In this document: positions 8,648-17,948 of the stretch, one piece after another
Layout: each line of letters begins with the position of its first letter
Numbering within the stretch: the stretch's first letter is position 1
Source: Spirochaetota bacterium
GTDB taxonomy: Bacteria > Spirochaetota > UBA4802 > UBA5550
Direction of reading: 5' to 3'
Assembly (NCBI GenBank): GCA_025457915.1
Contig: JALOTL010000005.1
Location: 132,852 to 196,851, forward strand
DNA: 64,000 nt
Notes under the pieces: generated by a model
What the model was told of the DNA's origin: nothing
The model's database searches: none
What the model saw: only the letters and a program-made list of their open reading frames with translations
Program-made: the position numbers and the translations under genes

Positions 8648-10192
8648 ATGTTAAAGCCCCTCATTGTTTTGATCATAATCGTATTTTCCCTGCCATGCGC
8701 GGCGGAACCCTTCAGCCCCTGCGGAAGCGACAAGAGCTATCCGGACAGGGGGGTCGGTTTTTACATTGATAAAACCGCTTCCATTAAAATAGAAGAAGCC
8801 CGCAAACAGGTTTATCTACCCCTTAAGTGCGGATTTCTGAAATTCGGCCATACTCCGCATGTGGTCTGGATTAGGATGGAGATCCTTAAAAACTGCCCCG
8901 ATGGGGTCCTTCTTGAGGTTCCAAAACCCATAATTGAAAGCGTCAGTCTCTACAGGATCGATAAGGGAAGGCTTGCATATGAAAGGAACGATGTAGGCGA
9001 TGCCCACCCTTTTTCAAACAGGGAGGTTGATCACAGGAGGATAATATTCAACCTGGCTGACGGGCCTTACGTCATGGAATATTTCCTGAGAATAGAAGCC
9101 GAAACCTATATCAATTTTCCATTGATTTTCTGGTCAAAAAAAGCCTTCGAACACGACGAGATTATCCAGCTTGCCCTGATCTGGATATATGTCGGGCTCA
9201 TGTCGATACTGGCCCTGTACAATATCCTCAGTTATATAACAATAAGGGACAGGGAACATCTGTTCATATTTTTCCTTACTGCCGGTTATGCCCTTCAGAT
9301 GATCGCATGGCAGGGCATAGGGCTGCAGCTGATATGGCCGGAGACTACCGGGTGGACCCACATCCTTCATACGACAATGGCTTCCTACCTTGGAATCATT
9401 CTGCTCTACCTTTCAAAATATTATCTCGACATCAGGAAGTTTTTTTCGCCTTTATCCGTTCTTTTTAATTTCACTGCTGCAGTCGTGGTCTTGAACGTGG
9501 CCGCGGTGTTCTTTTTTTCCTCAACCCTGCTCTATGATTTCATGCATGTCGTGACATTTACAACAGCCGTAGTGATCACGGTTTATTCGCTTATAAAAGC
9601 GCTTAATGGGGCAAGGCACTTGTGGTATTTCCTTACTTCAATATTCGTGTTTCTTGCCGGATACAGCATTTATCTTTCCTATGTCTGGGGTATGATAAAC
9701 GTGCCGCTTATCGAGCAGACCCTGATACCCCTTATGTCGATTATACAGGTTGTTCTGCTGTCTTACGGCCTCACGAGCAAGCTCGGAGTCATGATAAGGG
9801 ACATCGAAAGGTTTTCAAGAAAGCAGAAACTGTCCCGTTCTGATGCCTTGGCGTCGCCCGCCGAGGAAAAGATAAAGAAGGCCATTGAATACATCAACTC
9901 GAACTACAGGTCTGAGATTTCCCGCGAAGGTCTTGCGGCTGAATGCGATATGAATACGGATTATTTCAGCAGGCTTTTTAAAATCTACACCGGAAAAAAG
10001 ATCAGCGATTACATAAACGAGCTCAGGGTCATTGAGGCCGCGGGAATGCTTCGCGAATCCGGGGAGAACATACTTAACATTGCCTACAATGTGGGTTTCG
10101 AAAACCTGAGGACTTTCAACAGGGCCTTTCTCAAGGTTATGAACGTAACCCCTTCCGATTACAGGACCGCAAAAAGCGCCGATAGTATATGA
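8648..10192 (+). CDS. 7TMR-DISM sensor (periplasmic DISMED2 + 7TM) fused to a C-terminal AraC-type HTH domain
   Basis: 514 aa. Signal peptide; about 170-aa periplasmic region; seven hydrophobic helices; C-terminal AraC signature (INELRVIEAAGML...NIAYNVGFENLRTFNRAF). Confidence 0.7.
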   Translation: MLKPLIVLIIIVFSLPCAAEPFSPCGSDKSYPDRGVGFYIDKTASIKIEEARKQVYLPLKCGFLKFGHTPHVVWIRMEILKNCPDGVLLEVPKPIIESVSLYRIDKGRLAYERNDVGDAHPFSNREVDHRRIIFNLADGPYVMEYFLRIEAETYINFPLIFWSKKAFEHDEIIQLALIWIYVGLMSILALYNILSYITIRDREHLFIFFLTAGYALQMIAWQGIGLQLIWPETTGWTHILHTTMASYLGIILLYLSKYYLDIRKFFSPLSVLFNFTAAVVVLNVAAVFFFSSTLLYDFMHVVTFTTAVVITVYSLIKALNGARHLWYFLTSIFVFLAGYSIYLSYVWGMINVPLIEQTLIPLMSIIQVVLLSYGLTSKLGVMIRDIERFSRKQKLSRSDALASPAEEKIKKAIEYINSNYRSEISREGLAAECDMNTDYFSRLFKIYTGKKISDYINELRVIEAAGMLRESGENILNIAYNVGFENLRTFNRAFLKVMNVTPSDYRTAKSADSI

Positions 10193-10502
10193 CGCAATTT
10201 TTCAATTGCCCATAATTCTGTTTTTTAATCTCGATCAACTTGATGTATTTATTAGATTTTCACACGGGTTTTATATTGGAAAATTTAATTGATAAAAGTG
10301 AACATAATGTATTTTTGTTCATATTGCTTAATATTTCAAACCGGTTTTTTTAATCAAAATCCAATTTTAGTTAAAATTCGCCCTGATCTTCGTGAAACAA
10401 CTACCTTAATAAAGACAATTTCGTAGTATATATGAATTTGTCGAGACAAGACCGTCCGGACGTTTTATTATCAGTCATTCAATTTGCAGTATTGGGGAGG
10501 TA

Positions 10503-11522
10503 TTGGGGATGAAGAGATTTATGGGAATTATTTGCATGCTCTTGATTGTATTAATTTTTACCCTGCCTCTTGTGGCGGGTGGGGACAGCACTCCCTGCAG
10601 GACCAAATATCCAATCGTACTCATCCATGGATTTTTATTCAAATCTGATAATCTGCTGGGCATAGATTACTGGTGGGGGATTCCAGGCGCGCTCAGCAGC
10701 GAGGGGGCGCAGGTATATCAGACAACTTCGAACAGCACTTTCAACCACGCACTGAAAAGGGCCGAATCCGACAGGGCGGAGCTTCTTTACCTGTTCGCCG
10801 CCTGTCCGGAATGGGGTAAATATGAAAAAATAAACATTATCGCGCATTCACAGGGCGCCCAGGACAGCAGGATCCTCATACACGACGGCATTAAAGGCAT
10901 CATTGGTGGAAAGGCCATACAGATCAAGATCGCTTCACTTACCACCATAAGCGGCGTCAACAACGGGAGTCCGGTGGCAGACGCCATTTTCAAGCTTTTA
11001 CCTGAAGGATCTTTCCAGAGACTGCTGGTTTCAGAGGCAATCAACGCCTTCTGCTGGCTGTTCTATTTCGATGATAAAAACGCCGACAGCCTTTCTGCAT
11101 GCAGATCCATGAGCGTCGATTACGTTGTAAACGTGCTCAACAAGAATTATCCCGCCGGCAATCCGGCCGTCAGCCCGTCTGGATATACGTCCACTCCAGT
11201 CAACGGCCCGGTTTATATACAGAGTTATGCGGGCAGGATAAGGAACGCGCTTCTGGCTCCGCTTGATGTCATGATTGCGGTTCCCCTCTGGCTTTTCGTA
11301 AAGTCAGTCCCCGAGAGCCTTATGGGAGGGGAGAATGACTGTCTCGTCGGCGTAAATGCCGCAAAATGGGGCAGGTACAGGGAAACGCTTGAAGGCCCGG
11401 CATGGGGCGGGGGGGTCACGCACTTCAACGAGATAGGGCATTTTTTCGGCATAACACCGTGGTTCAACGCGCCCCAGTTTTACGTAAAGGTGGTGCGGGA
11501 ACTTAAGACCATGGGCTTTTAA
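10503..11522 (+). CDS. Secreted triacylglycerol lipase (alpha/beta hydrolase, family I-like)
   Basis: 339 aa. Signal peptide; PIVLIHGF oxyanion region; nucleophile pentapeptide AHSQG. Confidence 0.75.
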   Translation: MGMKRFMGIICMLLIVLIFTLPLVAGGDSTPCRTKYPIVLIHGFLFKSDNLLGIDYWWGIPGALSSEGAQVYQTTSNSTFNHALKRAESDRAELLYLFAACPEWGKYEKINIIAHSQGAQDSRILIHDGIKGIIGGKAIQIKIASLTTISGVNNGSPVADAIFKLLPEGSFQRLLVSEAINAFCWLFYFDDKNADSLSACRSMSVDYVVNVLNKNYPAGNPAVSPSGYTSTPVNGPVYIQSYAGRIRNALLAPLDVMIAVPLWLFVKSVPESLMGGENDCLVGVNAAKWGRYRETLEGPAWGGGVTHFNEIGHFFGITPWFNAPQFYVKVVRELKTMGF

Positions 11523-11569
11523 TTCATAACTTTAGAGATATATAGAGGGGGAAATATACAGAAAACAAT

Positions 11570-11604
11570 GCCCTGCCGTAAATAAACGGCAGGGCTATTT
11601 TTTT
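11570..11604. terminator. Rho-independent terminator (bidirectional)
   Basis: GCCCTGCCG-taaataaa-CGGCAGGGC followed by tattttttt. Confidence 0.6.
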
Positions 11605-11654
11605 AAAACCGGTCTTTTATAATTTTTTTGAAACTGGAACCCGCGATTGGTTTT

Positions 11655-12353
11655 TCATTCCGGCCTGAAACTGTTTTTAACCCATGTATATTTAAAAAGG
11701 GTGATTTCTTCAGAACTGTTGCTATGCCCCGGATCGACAATAAGTTTTACCGTGTTTTCTTTCGGCGATAATTTATAAACCACCGGATAGGTGTCGCCGC
11801 AGAATTGCCTGTTCATTTTTTTCAGGTATTCCTTTTTTATCCTGTCCTGCGGGACCTCCCCGATCATGTTTTTGGAGATGTCTTTCCATGTTTTTCCGTT
11901 AAGTTCATAGAAGGCGAGGTTTGTCGAGCACAGCCTGCCGCATTCAGACGGTCCGCAATTGGTGTTAAAGACGGCTATAATGTCCCCGCCGCCGGTTTTT
12001 TTGAAAACCTTGATTTCCGCGTAGCTTTCAAGAAATCCTGCATCATCGGTCAGAAAATTTTCCAGCCTTAGATAACCGTTTTCCGTATCTTTTATTCTGA
12101 CGGCTTTCATCCTGCTTTCCTGGACGGACGTGAATTCGTGCGGCTTTTTATATATCGATTTGAAAAAGTCCCGGGGCATCAGCAGGTAATAATCCATTAC
12201 GTCTTTCTGCTTTTTGTCAAAGAGGGCGGTATCGGGTTTGTAGGATGATTCCTGGGCAAAAAGAGCTATACCGGTCTGATCGGCCGGGTAATAACCGACC
12301 GAGAACAGTAAGGAAAAAAATAATGCCGCTGCGATGCAGGATGATTTTTTCAT
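11655..12353 (-). CDS. Secreted hypothetical protein
   Basis: 232 aa. N-terminal signal MKKSSCIAAALFFSLLFSVG. No recognisable domain. Confidence 0.5.
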   Translation of the reverse strand: MKKSSCIAAALFFSLLFSVGYYPADQTGIALFAQESSYKPDTALFDKKQKDVMDYYLLMPRDFFKSIYKKPHEFTSVQESRMKAVRIKDTENGYLRLENFLTDDAGFLESYAEIKVFKKTGGGDIIAVFNTNCGPSECGRLCSTNLAFYELNGKTWKDISKNMIGEVPQDRIKKEYLKKMNRQFCGDTYPVVYKLSPKENTVKLIVDPGHSNSSEEITLFKYTWVKNSFRPE

Positions 12354-12432
12354 ATCGACCCCCGGGTATTTTGTTTCGGGATATTATACCGGTGTAGACG
12401 GAAAAATCAATGAAATTTAAATACGGCGATGA

Positions 12433-12855
12433 TCAGCTTTCAATGTCTATGGAGGCCCCGGACATGGCGTTTACGGGACACGCAACCTTGCATAGCCCGC
12501 AGGCCACGCATTTTTCCGGATAGAAATTGACTTCCATCGTGCTCCTGTCGATGAAAAGCGCGTCAACCCTGCAGACCGAAGTGCAGGCCCCGCAGTGGAC
12601 GCACCTGTCGTCGTCCCTGTATATCCTGTCCGCAAGCACCTCGATGGTCACGCCCTCGTTCTTCAGGTATATTATGCTTTTTTCGATATCATCATCCGAG
12701 CCCCTCAGCTCAAGGATTATTCTTCCCTCCAGCTTGGGGAATATTTTGGCCTCGAGCACATTGAATATTACATCAAAATCCTTCGCCAGCCTGAATATTA
12801 TCGGTTTATACATGATGTTCTTGTTGAAGATAAGAAGGATGTTTTTCGATTTCAT
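12433..12855 (-). CDS. NIL-domain / 2x[4Fe-4S] ferredoxin (MA1822-like homocysteine-biosynthesis partner)
   Basis: 140 aa. N-terminal NIL-like beta-alpha domain, then two CxxCxxCxxxCP motifs (CVHCGACTSVC, CVACGLCKVACP). Start overlaps the stop of the upstream gene. Confidence 0.7.
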   Translation of the reverse strand: MKSKNILLIFNKNIMYKPIIFRLAKDFDVIFNVLEAKIFPKLEGRIILELRGSDDDIEKSIIYLKNEGVTIEVLADRIYRDDDRCVHCGACTSVCRVDALFIDRSTMEVNFYPEKCVACGLCKVACPVNAMSGASIDIES

Positions 12856-13598
12856 TCACGGGCTCCTTTTTTTAAATCAATCAGTTCAACGTTCCCCTGA
12901 ACGGCCATCCTGTCCCTGCATATGACGATTGCGCCGTCCGCGCCGTTTTTCATCGCGAAGGCAACCGCTTCCTCTGCCATCTCCTCGGATTTTACAAGGT
13001 TGCACGCCGCGGTGGCAAGGGCGTCGGCGAAGGCCGCGTCTTCCGCGATTATCACGGCCGCATCAGCCCTTCCGAAGCTGAAGGAGTGGCCGAGTTTTCC
13101 TGAAGAAGTGCAGATCCCGCAGGGGGTTTTGTCCGGAGTGATTTTAATTCCGATCATATCCTTGAATGAGAACTCGCCGCTGTAGACGCAGACGACCGCG
13201 GGATCGGCAAGCCTCATCCATATGTCCCCGCCGTTTTCTATAATCATCTCCGGGGTTTCATCAAGCAGCGATTCGCCCAGCGCCCTTGCGATAGCTCCCG
13301 CGACCGAGGCCATCGGTCCGACTCCCGCTCTCTCGGAGGCTTCATACATCATGCCGACGACCACGGGATATTCAGCGGTCCTTTCGACCGGGTCGAACGA
13401 TGTCAGAAATGAAGGCTGGATTTTGATATGCCTCCTGATGGATTTCCTCAATTCACAGAGTATCGCCGCCGCCCTTTCGGCCACTTCGCATCCGGACCTG
13501 ATATACAGGTCGCTTGTTTCGATTTTCACCCTGAAGGTTTTCCACCTCGCGGTATCCTCGAAATCCCGGTAAAGTCTTTCCCTGTATCTGGCGTTCAT
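12852..13598 (-). CDS. COG2122 / UPF0280 (ApbE-like, MA1715-like) protein
   Basis: 248 aa. Recognised as the UPF0280 family that co-occurs with COG1900. Translationally coupled (ATGA overlaps) on both sides. Confidence 0.6.
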   Translation of the reverse strand: MNARYRERLYRDFEDTARWKTFRVKIETSDLYIRSGCEVAERAAAILCELRKSIRRHIKIQPSFLTSFDPVERTAEYPVVVGMMYEASERAGVGPMASVAGAIARALGESLLDETPEMIIENGGDIWMRLADPAVVCVYSGEFSFKDMIGIKITPDKTPCGICTSSGKLGHSFSFGRADAAVIIAEDAAFADALATAACNLVKSEEMAEEAVAFAMKNGADGAIVICRDRMAVQGNVELIDLKKGARE

Positions 13599-14773
13599 TT
13601 TTTTAACGGTACAGTCGGGAACTGAATCTGCGGTTCTCCTATTGTGAAGCCGTTTACTATCCAGTCCTTTATCGCCGCGGCGATTTTTTTTGCCATCGGA
13701 TAACTGGACAGCGGAGCGGTCTGAACCGTCCTTCCCATTAATTCAAATTTTCCGGATTTAAGCTCTGCGTAGCTGACTTCGCCGAGCCTCCTGGGTTCCC
13801 CGTTCGGATAGTCGCTGCCGTAATCTATGACCTGGCAGAAGATGTCCCTGTCGGACTGACCGGTAAAATACGCCATTTCCTCGTTGATTATCGGTACCGG
13901 TATGCCGAGTCCGACCATGAGCGAACAGCCGTATCCGGCGATTGAAGCGCCCCTGATGTATTCATGGCTCATCTCCTTCAGGTTGCCGGTGACGGCGATC
14001 GTGCCGGAGCCCTCCCTGGGTATCCCGTTATCGCCCCTCGTTGAATCTGGCGAATGCTGTGTTCCCTGCCAGGAAACCGCGCCGACGGCTCCGCCGAGAA
14101 AGATCTTGGTCCCGACGCCGATGGTCCAGTAATACGGGTCGTTGAGGAGCGGGCTTAGCATTCCGGCCGAGGAATATGTGGCATTTCCCATTTCGGGCCT
14201 CAATATGCCCATGTAGGTGTATATGGTTTTCTGCGACATGTTCACGGCGCAGTTATAGTTCTGGTATGAATTCCTGGGATTGTATAAAAAGGCGTCCCTG
14301 AGGTCCTTCATGGTTATTGTCTTATCGAATTCCTTCAGGGGATAGCAATCGGTTCCGTATGAAGTCGCGTATAGCTTTACCTCCCTGCCGGATATCAGGT
14401 CTTCAATCACGTGTCCTCCCCCGTATGTGAATTTTCCCGGATGGACCATGTTGAGGGGATCGTTTTCCCTTACCTGGGTGGCTCCGATATAGCAATCCAC
14501 TGCGGCGATGCCCGCATAGGCCTCGACGTCATTAAGCCATACCCTTGATGCCTTCATTTTGGGCCTTGTATGACCGAAATTGATAAAGGCGCCGGATGAG
14601 CACATTATTCCGAAGGTGCCTGTCGTGACTACGTCCACCTTTTTAAAAGCGTTTTTGACGCCCTCGTCCGATACAATTTTAGGCATTTCGTCCGCTGTAA
14701 CGACAACGGCCCTGCCGTCTTTTATTTTCCTGTTTATTTCATCGTAGCTTTTTTTTATTTCGAAATCGGACAT
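13595..14773 (-). CDS. COG1900/DUF39 sulfide-dependent homocysteine biosynthesis enzyme (MA1821-like)
   Basis: Track ORF extends to 14857. Preferred start is Met at 14773 (MSDFEIKK...) with a GGGGTGG RBS. Pattern VVVTADEM...TTGTFG...GGGHVIEDL typical of the DUF39 family. Confidence 0.75.
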   Translation of the reverse strand: MSDFEIKKSYDEINRKIKDGRAVVVTADEMPKIVSDEGVKNAFKKVDVVTTGTFGIMCSSGAFINFGHTRPKMKASRVWLNDVEAYAGIAAVDCYIGATQVRENDPLNMVHPGKFTYGGGHVIEDLISGREVKLYATSYGTDCYPLKEFDKTITMKDLRDAFLYNPRNSYQNYNCAVNMSQKTIYTYMGILRPEMGNATYSSAGMLSPLLNDPYYWTIGVGTKIFLGGAVGAVSWQGTQHSPDSTRGDNGIPREGSGTIAVTGNLKEMSHEYIRGASIAGYGCSLMVGLGIPVPIINEEMAYFTGQSDRDIFCQVIDYGSDYPNGEPRRLGEVSYAELKSGKFELMGRTVQTAPLSSYPMAKKIAAAIKDWIVNGFTIGEPQIQFPTVPLKK

Positions 14774-15120
14774 GTTTAACCACCCCGGCTTTAAATCAGA
14801 AGACAGGTATAATCCCATCACGGATATATTCAAACATTTTTTTAATAAAGCGAGCATGTAAAAATCTTATTTTATAAGGAGTAAATAATAATCCTCACGC
14901 GCCGTTTTATACCGGATAAAAGGCCCGAAATGGACGCCGTCAGTGTATATTGATCTCAGCCTGATATAACCCCCGCCGGGTCTTGCGGGATAATTTTTGT
15001 TTTGTTCATCTTGAAAAGCTTTAAAGACTGATGATTGAGCCGATGATTCGCATGCATTATTTATTTATTGACTAATCGCGCGGTTTTTATATAAGGGGAA
15101 CCTGAATAATTATTTTATTA

Positions 15121-15150
15121 AAAAAGCCGGTTTGCCGGCATAACCGCCGC
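15121..15150 (-). terminator. Candidate intrinsic terminator/attenuator inside the 5' leader of the COG1900 operon
   Basis: Minus-strand sense GCCGGcaaaCCGGC followed by TTTTTTaataaaat. The stem is only 5 bp, so this is weak. Confidence 0.3.
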
Positions 15151-15365
15151 GGAGTCAGGCAGCCGGTGTTTTAAAACTGTTTTACCCCGGATAATTCGTG
15201 AAATCTCCAGGAAAAAAGAAAATATGACGGCTCACCGTATTGATTTTTGGTTACCTGTTTTCTGTCTTTATCATGAATAATCCTGAAACGGTTTTTTTTC
15301 ACCGGGGAGCGCATGGTTCAATGGCATCTATAGATTTATGAGATCCGGATCAGGTCAAGGTTGAT

Positions 15366-16133
15366 TTGAATGTGATGTCTGAAAATATAAAAATTAAAAA
15401 AAAGATTCATCTGACGGTGCGCCTGGCAGCTGTCGCTGCCGCGTTGTTTGCCGCGGCTGACTGCTATGCTTACGGACTTGGAGCCTATTTCAATTTCGGA
15501 GAAGCATCCTACAAATCAAAAGGCGGTTCTGAAATCGCCGGAATGCAGCTTAACGTTACATCCGTTACGATTTTAGGCGGCGGTCTTATGTTTGATTCAT
15601 GCCTTTTCAAGGACAGACTGATAAATTACAGGCTTGGAATAAACTTCGGTTCGTACGCCGGGGTATTCAGCTACGGTTTTTTCAACACCCTTGGATTCGG
15701 GTTAATCAGATCCGAAAGCATCAGGCTCTGGGCGGGCCCGCAGATAGGATTGAGGATGATACAGGACACACAATCCACCCAGGCATATTATAATGTGCCA
15801 GCGCAATCAGTCAATTATATCGATGGTGTTTTTGACGCCGGACTCGCTTTCGGTACCAATGTCAGGCTGTCGAAGAATATCGCTTTCATTCTTGAGGGCG
15901 GATTCAGGTACGGATTCCATTTCGGTGTTAAAAACGTCAAAAACGATTCACGGCTCAACGGATACGAGGGATATATCAACATCGGACTGGCCATACCTAT
16001 AAATGACGGGTATGCCGGGGTTGCCTCGTCCGATGACGATCTCCCGGTCGAAATGGAAAAAAAGTCGGAAGAAAAGGTAATCGACCAGGGCACTTACGAA
16101 CCAAAGGACAGGGAATCCGAAAAGGATGAATAG
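15366..16133 (+). CDS. Putative outer-membrane beta-barrel protein (hypothetical)
   Basis: 255 aa. Signal peptide LTVRLAAVAAALFAAADCYA; alternating Gly/aromatic beta-strand pattern; acidic C-terminal tail. Confidence 0.45.
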   Translation: MNVMSENIKIKKKIHLTVRLAAVAAALFAAADCYAYGLGAYFNFGEASYKSKGGSEIAGMQLNVTSVTILGGGLMFDSCLFKDRLINYRLGINFGSYAGVFSYGFFNTLGFGLIRSESIRLWAGPQIGLRMIQDTQSTQAYYNVPAQSVNYIDGVFDAGLAFGTNVRLSKNIAFILEGGFRYGFHFGVKNVKNDSRLNGYEGYINIGLAIPINDGYAGVASSDDDLPVEMEKKSEEKVIDQGTYEPKDRESEKDE

Positions 16134-16232
16134 AAATGAAGATTGATTTCAGAAAATAATCCGGTGAAAGAACTGAATGGGAGTTTCCTGTTTTTTCCGG
16201 GCACAGGCAACTGTATATATTAAAAAAAATTT

Positions 16233-17915
16233 ATGGAGAGAGTCATGAAAAAATTATCCGTGGTTTTGATCAGCATCATGTTTTTTTCCATGGTGAACGC
16301 ACAGGAAAAACCCAATCCTGCGGAATCGCTCACGCCATCCTCGGCTATTTTATACATGAAGACTTCAAGGGTGAAGAAGCTGTTGAGGTCGGTCAACTAC
16401 CTGATAGATAATCTCCTGAGCAAGGAGCAGAGGGACGGCTTCAACAAGGAAAGAAACGAATTCAAAACGAAGACCGGAATTGACTTCCTGGGACCGGAGT
16501 CCCTGAAACAGGCGGGGATTGACCTCGACGGCACGATCAATCTTGCATACTTCAAAAAGGGCAGCGCCGGGCAGGAGAACGTTATTGTATATATTCCGGT
16601 TCTCGACGTTAAAAGGTTTCCGCTCAAGTTCGTGGAGATCATTAAAAATTTCAACAAGGACAGGAATGAACTGGACGTGTATCCAGTGATAACTGATTAC
16701 AAGGGATACAGTCTCTACCAGATACAGAAGGATGTCTTCTGCGTTTCGCTCGACGGATATTTTCTCATAGCCTCCAATGCGGATCTCGTAAAGGGAGTGG
16801 TTGACATTAAGATTTCCGGGAAGGGCGATATAACCTCCGACAAGTATTACCTGGAATATGTTAAAAACGCGAGGCGGGATTATGATTTGAATTTTTTCGC
16901 CAAGAGGGATTTCCTGAAGGAGATGACCTCGCAGGGAAGGAAGGAGGGAAACCAGGATGTCCCGGTCGGGCCCAGCTCTTCGAATCCGTCCGTCAGATAC
17001 GTTTCGCACGAAGGTACAACCCTGGCGCAGAATGAAAAAGGCGCTGAACAGCCAAAAAAGGAATACGCGTTTGAAGAAATAGATTATGCCACTCTCGGCG
17101 CGGAGGTTGAATCAGGCAGGCTCAGGGGGAGCCTTGGAGTCAGCCTGAATAAAAGCAACCAGTCGGTTAGCAATTCGATCGATGTCATAGGAACCGGCAT
17201 GGACGGAAGGGCGGTTTTTTCTGAAAAGATGAAATCCTACATCTACCTGTCGCTGAATTTCAGCGCGATAGAGAACATGTGCAACGAGAAGGGGCCCGTC
17301 TGCAGCGGCTACCAGGAATTCAAACAGAAGCTTTCCCAGGAAATGGGATTAGACTTTTCAAAGGATTTTGTTCCGTATTACACCGGCGTTATCAATATTA
17401 TTGCGGGAAAAAAAGCTGAAATCAAGGAGGGCCGTCCGCAGGCAGGATTCGCGGCCATGCTTCCGATGACAGATGCCTCAAGATCCGCAGCTGTCGTTTC
17501 AAAATGCGGGGAATTTTTAAAGAAGAAATTCAAGGAAAAATCCGGAAAGGAATCCGTCTCCGGTGTGAACATGTTCTGGTACATTGACGAAACCGGCGAC
17601 AAGATGTATCTCTGTTCCGACAGGCGGGGGATATATCTGGGCAACGACAGGGCTATGATGGAGACCATGATAAAATCCGAGGACCTCCAGAAGGCCAGGA
17701 CCAGGAATGCCTTCATGAAAAAATTCAATGAAAAGGTGTTTTTCCTCGCATTCGTGAAGAACGCCGGCTCCACGGTGTCCGAGCTCCAGCTCGCCCCCCC
17801 GGATTCCGGAATGGGGGGATTCATGAAAAGCATAGGTGACGTTTTTCTGATCGGAGAAAAATCAGGCAGGCTGCTGACCCTCGACATCGAGATCGAGATT
17901 AAAAAAGCCAGGTAA
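16233..17915 (+). CDS. Secreted hypothetical protein
   Basis: 560 aa. Signal peptide MKKLSVVLISIMFFSMVNAQE. No recognisable domain. Confidence 0.5.
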   Translation: MERVMKKLSVVLISIMFFSMVNAQEKPNPAESLTPSSAILYMKTSRVKKLLRSVNYLIDNLLSKEQRDGFNKERNEFKTKTGIDFLGPESLKQAGIDLDGTINLAYFKKGSAGQENVIVYIPVLDVKRFPLKFVEIIKNFNKDRNELDVYPVITDYKGYSLYQIQKDVFCVSLDGYFLIASNADLVKGVVDIKISGKGDITSDKYYLEYVKNARRDYDLNFFAKRDFLKEMTSQGRKEGNQDVPVGPSSSNPSVRYVSHEGTTLAQNEKGAEQPKKEYAFEEIDYATLGAEVESGRLRGSLGVSLNKSNQSVSNSIDVIGTGMDGRAVFSEKMKSYIYLSLNFSAIENMCNEKGPVCSGYQEFKQKLSQEMGLDFSKDFVPYYTGVINIIAGKKAEIKEGRPQAGFAAMLPMTDASRSAAVVSKCGEFLKKKFKEKSGKESVSGVNMFWYIDETGDKMYLCSDRRGIYLGNDRAMMETMIKSEDLQKARTRNAFMKKFNEKVFFLAFVKNAGSTVSELQLAPPDSGMGGFMKSIGDVFLIGEKSGRLLTLDIEIEIKKAR

Positions 17916-17948
17916 CAGCGACAAAACGGTCAGGTACGGGCACTGGCG

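Noticed and set aside
13595-14857. Longer N-terminus (MLALLKKCLNISVMGLYL...) for the COG1900 gene
   Set aside because: The hydrophobic extension has no RBS, and homologues start near MSDFEIKK. The ATG at 14773 has a GGGGTGG Shine-Dalgarno. Kept as an alternative only.
14858-15120. SAM-I / SAM-II riboswitch in the homocysteine operon leader
   Set aside because: I could not find the conserved SAM-I core (GGUGC/AGAUGAG-type elements) or SAM-II pseudoknot sequence by eye. Left as an open leader or attenuator hypothesis instead.
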